Shown: positions 50,245-60,900 of the stretch, piece by piece
Layout of the letters: each line of letters starts with the position of its first letter
Numbering within the stretch: the first letter of the stretch is position 1
Source: Oculina patagonica
Lineage: Eukaryota
NCBI RefSeq assembly: GCF_052425735.1
Contig: NC_135764.1
Location: 33,046,001 to 33,110,000 of the forward strand
DNA: 64,000 bases
Reading direction: 5' to 3'
Position numbers and translations under genes: made by a program
The notes under the pieces: model-generated
What the model saw: only the letters and a program-made list of their open reading frames with translations
Databases searched by the model: none
What the model was told of the DNA's origin: nothing

Positions 50245-51105
50245 TTATTGCCAACAGACTCTAGGGATGGGTGGGGGAGGAGTACCACCCCCTTCGTCAC
50301 TTTCCTCGTCGTCTTCATCTTCAGTCTCTTCTTCGTCACTAGATGCAGTACCAGTCTCTTCACGGTTGTCTTGTGAAGCTCGCCGTGCCTCTGCAGCAGC
50401 ACGCATGCGTCGGAATCCTAGCTCGCGAGTTCGTGCTGCTCTGTCTAAAGCGCGATCCACATTGGCTATCAGCGTGTTGATTTCCATGTTATTAACGGCC
50501 ATATCAAGACGTATCTTGAGAAACTCAAGAAGTTGCAAGTGGCTGCTCCGCTCGGGCTTCTCAGATACGCGGAGCGGTGCAAGTGCTGAACTTGATTCTT
50601 CGTCAAGACTGAGCTCCTCGAGATCGGCGTCGCATTTGGGTTCTTCAAGTGGTGATGGAGACGACAAGGACGCGTTTGATTCGCTACCGGTGATAGGCCG
50701 TTTTATGCCTTCTCCGGGAAAAGTTTCCTTCGAGGAATTCTCGCTCGTCGCGGATGGCTGCACAACGATAATACTCGCATTTGACGCGTCGGGTTCGATC
50801 CCAGGACTTTCTGGTGTTTCTTGAATCGGAAGGGCACGTCCAATGATCGTTAAATCCTCAATTGACTGACGTCCTTTACTCAAGCACTCGCTCTTTGTAT
50901 CAGCATTACCGGCACCATTAGATGACTCTACTGAAGTAATGGAGAGGTCATCTCTCGGTGTTGACGATGGAGAGTTTTTTCGAGAAGCCTTGGTGTTTTT
51001 TCTTCTTGTTAGTTTGAATCTTCGTTTTCCTTTGGCATTCTTCTCTCGTCCTGACGAGGATGCGCTATCGTCGCTTTCCGTACAACCTGAACAACAATTT
51101 CCCAT
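50245..51105 (-). CDS. Single-exon hypothetical protein, 286 aa, predicted N-myristoylated/palmitoylated, largely disordered
   Basis: Uninterrupted GC-enriched ORF with strong Kozak context (AAG-ATG-G), MGNCCSGC N-terminus, basic patch KGKRRFKLTRRK, helical segment and acidic C-terminus. Confidence 0.7.
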   Translation of the reverse strand: MGNCCSGCTESDDSASSSGREKNAKGKRRFKLTRRKNTKASRKNSPSSTPRDDLSITSVESSNGAGNADTKSECLSKGRQSIEDLTIIGRALPIQETPESPGIEPDASNASIIVVQPSATSENSSKETFPGEGIKRPITGSESNASLSSPSPLEEPKCDADLEELSLDEESSSALAPLRVSEKPERSSHLQLLEFLKIRLDMAVNNMEINTLIANVDRALDRAARTRELGFRRMRAAAEARRASQDNREETGTASSDEEETEDEDDEESDEGGGTPPPPIPRVCWQ

Positions 51106-51500
51106 CTTTGCGCTCCTTTACAGCTGACAACAACTTATTACATCACAAATGTAATCAACTTGACGTCTATATTAGAATGCAGTGTGAATGCGGGCGCTTT
51201 AATTTTTGAACGACAAATATCAGTAATGAAATTCGAAAAGCTATTTTACAAAACAGCTTACAAAGCATTCCGTTTTCGTCTTAACGTTGAGTAATAAAAA
51301 ATTCTGCGTCGAGCCTCGTAGCCCTATGTATAATAGGCCTGATTTTATCCCGGTTTCTGTAGCATGAAGCGACTAGCAGGTGTATTTCACTCCCCCTGGA
51401 TGGGATGCTAGTAAATCGAAGGGTTAGCTAGCAGCATTAGCTAGCCGCTACCAACTTATACACCTGGGTGAAGAGAGGCACCATGAGAGTAAAGTGTGTT

Positions 51501-52272
51501 CAGGGACCTGGCAGGAAGAATTTAAGAATTTGAGTGGAGGGGGGGGGGGGGGGGAGCTAAAGTCGATCCGGGGGCATGCTCCTCCGGGAAAATTTGGATT
51601 TTAATTTCTGTTAAATACCAGAAAATACGCTTAAAATAATTTTATGAGTATTGCTCAGTAAAACGACAAAACGTTGCGATAAGGAGTCGTTGCTCCACAA
51701 AACGTTCGATTTAACCACGCACCGAGTTACATCAAGACACGAACGTTTCTCACCACGTTGAAGTGCCCACAACTGAGATGTTACCGGAACGAATGAAAAC
51801 AGAAAAGACAATTTCACTTTCATTGTTAAAAAATGAATAACCTTTAAATCGAGCTCGAAAACAAACAGTATTGTCTTATTAACTTAAACCATTTGTTCGG
51901 ATCGAAACTGACCAATGATGGAACGGGCCTTTTTAATGAGAAGTCCACTCGCCCTTAAAAGGCCAGTTTTTAATAAAGGGTATGATCCTACAGTAGCCTT
52001 ACATTTTTCGATTATAACTGAAAACGTTTAAGACAATTGTCCGCATTTACTTGTTTTTTTTATGTATCTAAGTTGAAGGCGAGTCTATTTTGGCAATAGT
52101 ATTTGCTGTTACTTTCGTCCTTCAATTACAATCTAAATCAATAATATGGCGTCTAGAAACCATTTTTTTCAGTATATTTTTCGTTTGTTTTTCAATTCAT
52201 TATAATTTTTTTCTTGTCAGGCTGAAAAAAAGTGTGGGGGGGGGGGGGGCGCCTCCCTCTCCGCGGTCCCTG
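51501..52272. mobile_element. Non-autonomous DNA transposon (CAGGGACC...GGTCCCTG) adjoining a truncated SINE
   Basis: Short TIRs; internal sequence and right end shared with a partial copy at about 49290-49581. Confidence 0.55.
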
Positions 52273-52490
52273 TCTTACGCCTCAACGGGCACCCACATGG
52301 CAATCACGTAAAACAATATTATAGATATTTTTGTATCATTTTTTCTTTACTGATGTTTTAACCGTGATTAAATAAAGTTTTATTCTATCCTAGAAAAAAT
52401 TCCCCCGACATTACGCCCCTATGAATTTTACCTAGAATATGTTATCTTAGTAAATAATAAAGATGGTAGATTTTAAGCTCGGTGATAAAT

Positions 52491-52645
52491 AGTGAAGAAA
52501 TTATTCTACATGACACGAGCGTGGGACAAAGAAAAAATCTGAGTCCCCGACGGGAATCGAACCCATGGCCATGGGTTCGATTCCCGTCGGGGACTCAGAT
52601 TTTTTCTTTGACCCACGTTCGTGTCATGTAGAATAATTTCTTCAC
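52491..52645. repeat. Near-perfect 155-bp palindrome built from a tRNA-T-arm-containing repeat
   Basis: Centre CCATGGCCATGG; arms contain GGGTTCGATTCCCGTCGGGGACTCAGATTTTTTCTTTG. Confidence 0.85.
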
Positions 52646-52743
52646 TCAATATGTTATCTTGTTTTCGAAAACCTTTGGTATGACACGTTTTAAGAACAAT
52701 AAATATACAATTAAAAATGGAAGAGTAACCAGGATTCATAATC

Positions 52744-52922
52744 AAGTAAAATGTTTTTTTTTAAGCGTTCTCTGGTTAAAAATTTGTTAAAAAATAAGCT
52801 TTCGGCTGCCAAACTACAGCCTTTAACGGGGTAGGCTGTAGTTTGGCAGTAGTTTGGTAGCCGAAAGCTTATTTTTTTTAACAAATTTTTAACCAGAGAA
52901 CGCTTCAAAAACATTTTACTTC
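52744..52922. repeat. Palindromic MITE-like hairpin (~180 bp)
   Basis: AAGTAAAATGTTTT..AAGCGTTCTCTGGTTAAAAATTTGTT..AAGCTTTCGGCTGCCAAACTACAGCC mirrored on the right arm. Confidence 0.8.
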
Positions 52923-53410
52923 ATAAATATACAGCCAGTTTTTTTCCTTGGGGCAAGTTATTTTTTTACGTGATCTATATTCCTTTAAGGGACCGTTTTG
53001 TCTTGGGAGCGTTATTACCGGTTACCATGCGGTTAAAATTAGAGCACGTGCAAAATTAAATTCAAACTATATTAAATCTAACTTGACGCGTATGTACGTA
53101 CGCATTGCAAACCTGTGTTTTAAACTTCCCCCATCATGCAGCGCAATGTAAGAGCGCCGAACTAGTTCCAGTACTTCACGTCCAACACTGCATATCGTGT
53201 CAGTGTTGCACCATATTGACTGAGAAGTTTATAATTCTCTTGCTCAAACGATTCGTTCACGGTTTGGGATATCTAAAATCAGAAATTTTCTGGTTTGCGT
53301 GAAGTTTTAAAAGAGAAATGCACCTGAAGAGTTCTGCCGGGCGTCCGAAAGGGAAGTGTAAGAGTATGGTATCATCGTCTTTGAACCACTTGACGAACAA
53401 GAAAGCAAAC

Positions 53411-53512
53411 ATGGCGGCTGAAGTCAATTTCACCGGCCACGTGGAAACCACCGTTGCCAGCGGCTACACTTTCTGTGCGTCGCCTCTGTACGAATCCAAG
53501 CCTCGTCTTTGA
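53411..53512 (+). CDS. ORF1/uORF of the bZIP gene (33 aa), ending at CTT-TGA-C
   Basis: AAC-ATG-G Kozak; MAAEVNFTGHVETTVASGYTFCASPLYESKPRL*. A strong splice donor (G|GTGAGT) follows at 53518. Confidence 0.6.
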   Translation: MAAEVNFTGHVETTVASGYTFCASPLYESKPRL

Positions 53513-54169
53513 CAATGGTGAGTCTACATTGTCAGTCTATCTCAAACTAAGTTTAATTCCTTAGTTCATGGTTATATTTACGTGAAGAATTCGAACTCTG
53601 AGAAGTTGTACTTTGAACGGACAGTTTTAAAATATTAATTTTTTAGATTAATTGTTGTAGTTTTACAAAGCTTCCATAGTGTTTTCTCTATTTAAATTTG
53701 TAAAACATCTCATACAAATTATCTTTAAAGGGAAACATTTTTTTGTTAGATTATAGTGTTCAGTTTGTTTCACAAATCCACTCCACTAAGATGAAGCTTT
53801 TTAAAGATATTTGTTCTATTTTAATTTTTTTTTAACTCGCTACAACAACTGCTCAGCTTTGGAATAGTGTATCAGGTTCTGTTCTTGAAGGTGATCTATT
53901 CTTTTACTTCATTAACTGATTTTTATTTCATTTGAGGTCATATACCTACAAGTAGGGCTGTCATTAAGGGCTGTAACCTGTAATACCTGTAATGGCTGCA
54001 TGTGCTTGACGGGGCCTTGCCTGTCGATGAAACATGTATGTATAATTAACCCACAAAGTAACACATTTGAAACAGGTGTGACGATCAAAACAACAGGTGA
54101 CTTGAGGCTGAGTGGCAGCTGTGTACAAGTAATTTTTGTATTTACTGTAAATTTCTTTTCCTACATTAG

Positions 54170-54816
54170 GGGTTGCCAACCTTGCCTCCCCACAAAAAGA
54201 GCAAGATCTTCTCAAGAGCCCACTACTAGACCAAGATGGCAGCCTCTGGTCTGTGGATCTCAGTTGGGACCAGACACGTCTCGGAGAACTGTTCTTTGAC
54301 CAGGTTGCTGAGCTTGAGAAGTTGATACCAGGGGAGAGTTGCAAGGAAAACGTTTTAGAGAAATCTTGGGGTTCAAATGCAGAGTTGTTCAATGATGGTG
54401 AAGGGGCAATTGAAGAATGTGTTGGACCGATTGAGGAACAAGACAGGAAACAGGCTGTTGGTATCTGTGGTGGTGATGGTGATGCCGAATGCGAAGATTT
54501 AGAAATGATTGAGCAACAAACATTTAAGCATTCAAGTGTGCTGAGTGGGGAGGCGACAGCACTGTTTGATGTTTCCCAAGGTTCTCCTTCCTCAACTGGA
54601 AGTTCTTGTAGTGACGAAACTTCAGAGAAGAGAATGAGAAACAACAAGGCTTCCAGAAAGTTCCGTCGCGCAAGAAAGGAAAGACACCATTCCTTGTTTG
54701 CAAGGGCATCAAAATTGGAGCAAGAAAACCAGTCATTAAAGCTTCAAGTAAATGAGATGATTCAAGAGATCATTTCCCTGAGGTCCATGCTCCCAAAGAA
54801 TATTCTGCAAGTTTAA
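54170..54816 (+). CDS. bZIP transcription factor (PAR/C-EBP/ATF-related basic region), main coding exon
   Basis: Acceptor TTTCTTTTCCTACATTAG|G at 54170. Frame open 54172-54816: acidic/hydrophobic region, basic region EKRMRNNKASRKFRRARKER and zipper L-FARASK-L-EQENQS-L-KLQVNE-M-IQEIIS-L. First in-frame ATG is only at 54505. Confidence 0.88.
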
Positions 54817-57038
54817 CTCCAAGCATGATGTTTTTTCTCCTTGCAACATTAATGCATCATAAACAGACAAAATGCAAGAAAATAATCATTTGTGATATTC
54901 TCTTGATATACCACTATTTTCTCAGAACTATTATTAAGAGAAATGTGTAACACATGTATGGAGAATTAACATTGTGAGCTTGGGACTGAAAGTGTTAAGT
55001 TTGTAGTAGACCACAATCATGTAAGTGTACTCAACAGTACAGGTAAATATATAGTACATAGTTTTGATTAGAGTGTGCTTAGTATATCCTTATTTGTTTA
55101 AAAGTAAAACTGTTACTCAACAAGGCTGTGCTTGGTTGATACATCATTTCCCAACTAACTTTTGTTTTGGGGCAACAAGAAGTGATCAGTAGGAGCCTAA
55201 ATGCTTCTTATTTGTTTCATAGAGCACAGCTGCTAAAAATATCAGATCAATGTAATGTTTCACAATTCTTTTTAGTTGCCATTATATTAAGGGAGGTGTA
55301 GGATAATATTGTCACATAACTCCCAGGGAGGTATTAAAAATTACTGCTGTAGCGGTATTTAAAATCATGTGACTATAAAGTAGCTTTGTAAATTTTTGTG
55401 GGTGAATTTGGTTTGTTCAGTTGTACTGGCAACTTTAAGCTTGCCTTTTTCAATGATCCCAAAACAGATATCATATGTAGATAGTTTTTCATTCTTTTTG
55501 TCAGTCCATATTGGTATTGTGTGAAATCCTGTACAAATGGAATTAATTTACTGTAGTAGATTTCAAAGACTAATATCAATTTAGGGCCTGTAGCAATGTC
55601 AGTGTTAAAACCATTGTGCAGTACATGTCTCTTTGGAAATATGATTCAAACACCAAAACAAAGAAAATTACTGGTATCTCCCAAAGAAACAAGGATGGAT
55701 TTGATTGGAGAGAACTAAAATTGATTTGAACCTCGAGTTTTTTTAATCAATTTTAAACAAGAATCAAATGAGTGCTTGAAAACCATCGTTTCTCCATTAT
55801 ATGAAGCAAAGGTGATCATACTGTGTGTAAAGTTTTGGTGCTAATGTGAATTTTTTTTTAATGTTCCAGTCTTTCACAGCTACATATGTGCTACAGGCCC
55901 ATTTACTTTGTCTGAACAGTTGTGACTTGAAATAAATTAGGATAATGTCTCAATTGTTGTGGTATTTGGGGTTTTGTTATAAAGTATAAATAGTGTGTTT
56001 GGACCATACTGTATGATCACTTTAGAGAGGGTGCATGCACATTTTTAAACCATTTACTGTGTACTGGGTTTGGATAATGCTTATTAAATTAATAATAAAC
56101 TAATATTAATCATAATTCTGGCTCTGATTCATTTTTATCGATAAATGCACAGACAATGTGTAGAGTAGTGTTGTACGGGGCACCTACCTTGTAGCCTTGT
56201 GGCCACCGTATAACACCCCACTATTTCAGATGTTCTTTCATGTGTACGTTTTTGTGTACTTTTCCAACAAATGCAATTAGAAATTTTCTTTGTAATTAGC
56301 GGATCTATTGGGACAGTTTTTTGTTTGTTATATTTGTTTGGAATTTCGATCCTATCACCTACTTGCTGGGTTATCTAATACAGTATCTCCCGTTTTGTGA
56401 CTTTCGTGGTCGTTTAATGAGTGATTTCATTTAACCCGTGAAACAATATCTACCAGTTTGTGCGTAATAGTCAAAAGGAAACAAAAGAAAACAATGGAAT
56501 TGTGTGTAATAGTATCTAAAAGTTTAATAACTATTTCACGGGTTTACTGAAATCACTCTAATTGAAGCAGTTCTTTGCTTCGCATTGGCGAAGCATTCAG
56601 ACTAGCAAAGACAAACCGAGAATAAGAGTTTTGCTGGGAGAAATAACCAAACCCGAGTCTACCCCGGAAAAGAAATAAGTAGCTTCAATTCTTTTTTTCG
56701 AATGGCAAGGGGTGCGAAAAGTGCGCCAACGTTGGAACCACGTGGCTTGTTCAAAGATTACCATCTTGGAATAATAACCATAAACAAACAAGAAAGCAGT
56801 CAAATGTAAGTTAAATAACTTTATAACTTATATAAAATATAAAGTATCAAATTGCCTGGAATATGCAGATTAAGGAACATTTTACACACGGTTTAAAATT
56901 GTTTCCAAACACGTGTGGTTTTCAACTAGTTTTTCATTTGGTTTCTTAACTCATCCACCTGACCAGAATGGGGCGTTTTGGTAGGCCAAGATTGCCCACT
57001 CGGCTACACTGCCTCCTAATTTATTGTTTTGAGAGCTA

Positions 57039-57427
57039 CCTTGTTATAGGAAATTAACGGAACGCGAATTTCAAAAATTCGCGTTAATTTCATGTACCTT
57101 AATTTACGTCATTGTTAATTAAAATCACACTATTTTCCAGCATTGTTATTTTAAGACACCTTTATTTCCGTAAAAGTTATGTTTTTACGACATCTACTTC
57201 TCCGTCAAAGCTACAGGAATAACAGAGGCAGTGAAAAGCACAAGGATGGGATGTATTCCATCCCTGGACCCTTTCACTGAATATTATTCACCATATGGTC
57301 TGTTTAAATATCTTTGTTGTGTATAGTTTATCAAGTTAACATAAATTTTCGACAATTCGCGTTAATTTTATTACGCGTACATTTTGTTCGCGTTGTTAAA
57401 ATGCTTCGTTATATTCCTATAATAAGG
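57039..57427. mobile_element. MITE, TA target
   Basis: TA|CCTTGTTATAGGAA ... TTCCTATAATAAGG|TA. Confidence 0.7.
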
Positions 57428-57808
57428 TATGTTTAACTGGTTGATAAATTTAAATCAAATAAAAAACAAACAAACAATATTTCAAAATTAAAGTTCTAAC
57501 CAAAACCAGAACTAAACATAAACCTTGTTGAATTACATTTTTATAAAGGGTAAACAATATTTTAACTTTTATTAATACAAATTGCCTGGATTTTTTTTCT
57601 TTCTTTATATTTTCTACACAAACTTATCCTCATCGGGCCCATGAGGACTCTTGAAGCCGGAACATTTTTCACTAAATTTGATAAAGCTGGCTGACAAATA
57701 CGGAACAATGAACTTAATTGTCACTTCCCATTCTTAATCGGCGATCTGCGATATGGCAGTTTTATACATTGATGTCACTGGTATAGTCACGCAACCTTCC
57801 GTGACGAG

Positions 57809-57816
57809 TGACGTCA
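57809..57816 (+). promoter_or_regulatory. Palindromic CRE (TGACGTCA) upstream of AOX-B
   Basis: Perfect CRE 137 nt upstream of ATG 57953, preceded by a TGACG half-site. Confidence 0.45.
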
Positions 57817-57952
57817 AGATACAAGCTGGTAAACAGATCAGCCTCGATCCTGCACATGCACAATTTTCTTTCGCTGTCACTTGCTTCAACAGTAAGCAAT
57901 TTATACAAAAGTTGCACATTGTTGGTTATCTTTGTGGCATTTTCTATCCCAG

Positions 57953-60900
57953 ATGTTACTATCGGAGTCTCGAAGGCTTTTCTATCCGACGGTTCGATGT
58001 TTGTTCAGGTCATCTGGCACAAGATGTCGTTTGTCACTGGTGACCCGAGCTACAAATGGCGGGCAATTAGAAGCTCCACTGGGCGGCTCAGGCACTGTAA
58101 GATTGTATTTCTAAGTATAACTTAAAGCAGGTGGTACTAATGTAGCAAAAGAATTACAGTTTATGGTCAAGTAATCTGTAAATTTGAGTCAGACGTACTA
58201 CCTACACTCATCCTACACGGGTGTTTCACAGGGAACCCAACAAACAAAAATAATCTTTGGAAAATGACAAATTACAAGTGCCCATTGGAATTTAGATATT
58301 GCTTTGATCCCAATGTGGCTAACTGTTTGGGACCAGGGAAAGAATTCTGCGGAGCATTAATCATGCATACAAATATTCCATATAATCCTTCACACATGAA
58401 CGGCAGTAATGAATAGAACAAGAGTTACAAAATTGTATGTATGCAGAGATCTTGTCTGGACCATTTTTAAATCTAAAATGTGCCTGCAAAGGCTCTTGAA
58501 AAAAAGGTTTAGTTCAAAAGCTCAATTGATCATGTTTAAACCTCATTTAATTAAATATTTGAAAGTGAGATTTGGGTTTTATAGCCAAGTGGCACATACT
58601 GCCAGAGCTTATCCCAGTTTTGATAGCAGAATATTTAAACTCCTCCCTAGGTGGGATGCTAGTCCATTGCAGGGTACCCCCCAGCATTATTTCGCCGGTA
58701 CCCATTTATACACCTGGGTGGAGAGAGGCACTATGAGAGTTAAATGTCTTGCCCAAGAACAGAACACAGTGAACCTGGCCAGGGCTTGAACCCGGAACAT
58801 CCGATCCAGAGTCTGGCACACTAACCATTAGGCCACCACGCCTCACATTCGGGGTTTATAAGTGGTTATAATTTATTTCAAATCCTATATCATCAACAAC
58901 ATCTTTTTTCAGGCTTGGCTGTGATGGTGCAAGAGTGGGGTGTGCCAGAAAAATTTAACTACAAGCAGTCAGAACAAAATAATTATATATTAATTAAACA
59001 GATGTTGAAAATGACTTTAAACAAATTTCATTCCAACAATTTTCTTTCTACAGTCTGAAATGTCATGATATTTGAATACGTTTATGTTCTGAGAACAACA
59101 GTAATGAAAGAAATTTATTTTCAGGTTTGTTTATTGTCAACTTGTGGTGTCCATAGACACAAGGATTTGCCGCACTTTAAAGAGAGAACTGCAGCAAAAA
59201 AAGATTCAGGGGATGGTGATCACACGATGGGTAACGAGGCCTACCGCATGCCACATCCCATTTGGTAGGTGTTAAAACATTTCCTGATTAAATGCTGCAA
59301 TACAGGCCCTGCATATATAAGGCTAGGTTCTAATACCGAGCCACCAGGGTCCCTAGCATTTATACCTTTAACAAGCACTTTTAAGTGACCTTATGTTGTT
59401 TATTGTCATTCATTCAAGGAATGACAATTTTTGTTTAGACACAACTTTTGTTTAGACACATTAACTATTATTTTCACATTTTGCATTTTGCATTTTACAT
59501 TTAGTACACTTTTTATTATTTATTTTTCTCGAAGATATTAGCTACAATATGAATATTATATTAAAAGCTACTCTAAAATTCGAGAGGAAATAAAGTCTAT
59601 GTATGTATGTATATATGTATGTATGTTAATATTTTGTATAGACTTATATGTATGACTACTCAACAGAAGAAAGTTGTTGTCAAATCGTTGCACTCTACAA
59701 TAATGTTTTGTTGATGTTTTGGTTTAATTTTGCTTTTAGTTCAGTGAATGTTAGGTTTTTAGACCAAAACACATGAGGGTGTCTGAAAGATGTGAAAAAG
59801 TCATGCCCTGAATGAACACCAAAACTGAATAAATGATGGGTCAGCAAGGTTAAGTTTAACTAAATGCTGCAGGGTATTCAGAGATTAAATTGAGAAAATA
59901 GGTGTAAAGGTTTTAATCACTGACTGTTTAAAAGTTGGTTCCTTCTTAATATTTTTAATAAGCTGACTGGCTATTTACAGGTATTCCTGTATTCTTCAGG
60001 TAATTTCAATCATGTTCAGTATAATAGACTTCTCAACCTAAATTGACTGATTACATTTTTAATTATAAGAAATTGTATAGTAAGACTGTTAGAATCATAA
60101 TAGTAATATGGACATTCATTTTTTTAATAAAATTATTAAAAATATATGTTGATTCTTTCTATTCTAGGACAGAGCGTGACGTCAACAATATTGAGATTAC
60201 CCATCAAGAAACAAAGACAAAGATTGATAAGGTTTTACCATCTATATAATATGGAACTCAAAGATTTCTTAAAAATACATTCTAAAACACCCACCTAGTA
60301 TAATATATAAATAATTAATCCAATTATGTTGGTTGAGGCAGTCTAGATTCCAAGTGGCCTTTGGTTAGTATACATGCTGGATGGAGGAGATCTAATTTAT
60401 AGTTATAAACTTTCACAGTGCCTCCCTCAACCCAGTGTTAATTTTAAAAAATTCTGCTTGTAGTCGTGATCTACCGAATGATCAAGTGCTCTGGACTGTC
60501 CTGGATGGGTGTGGAGGGATCTACATTTGATTGAAGCATAGGCCATCCTTTTGTTACTTGTTACAATATGTTGGGCCAGACTTGATTTTTCTCCACCCAA
60601 ATGATTTATGGGAACAGATAAATAATAAGTTATTTTCATTTTTATTGATAAGGCTTGTAGTATTTCAATACACATAATTATAAACCAGGATTTGTAATTT
60701 TGTTGAGTTTGATTGCAGCTTGCCTATGGCTGTGTGCAAACTTTAAGGGTGGCATTTGATGTTGTTTCCTTGTACAAAGTTGGAAAGATGACTGAAAACA
60801 AGTGGTTAAAGTAAGTTGTAGCTACTTATTAATTATTATTTCTGGATCAGAAGTTTGATTATCTACAAGAGAGACAGTAATTCTGCAGGTGCTTCTGATC

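Noticed and set aside
50267-50824. 185-aa plus-strand ORF
   Set aside because: Antisense shadow of the 286-aa minus-strand ORF; low-complexity, non-ATG start.
53450-53515. XBP1/HAC1-type IRE1 unconventional intron restoring the bZIP frame
   Set aside because: A CNGNNG heptamer (CAGCGGC) is present, but I could not find the two supporting stem-loops, and in XBP1 the bZIP lies upstream of the spliced site.
53937-54096. Cassette exon that would put ATG 53515 in frame with the bZIP
   Set aside because: Arithmetically possible (3n+1), but the sequence resembles the repeat fragment at 42315-42365 and the peptide is Cys-rich and implausible. Kept only as a refuting alternative.
53964-54647. 227-aa minus-strand ORF
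   Set aside because: Antisense shadow of the bZIP exon running into intron sequence.
56702-56805. Alternative first coding exon of AOX-B (MARGAKSAP..)
   Set aside because: Donor phase (2) is incompatible with exon 2 and it lacks presequence character; 57953-58096 fits phase, length and composition.
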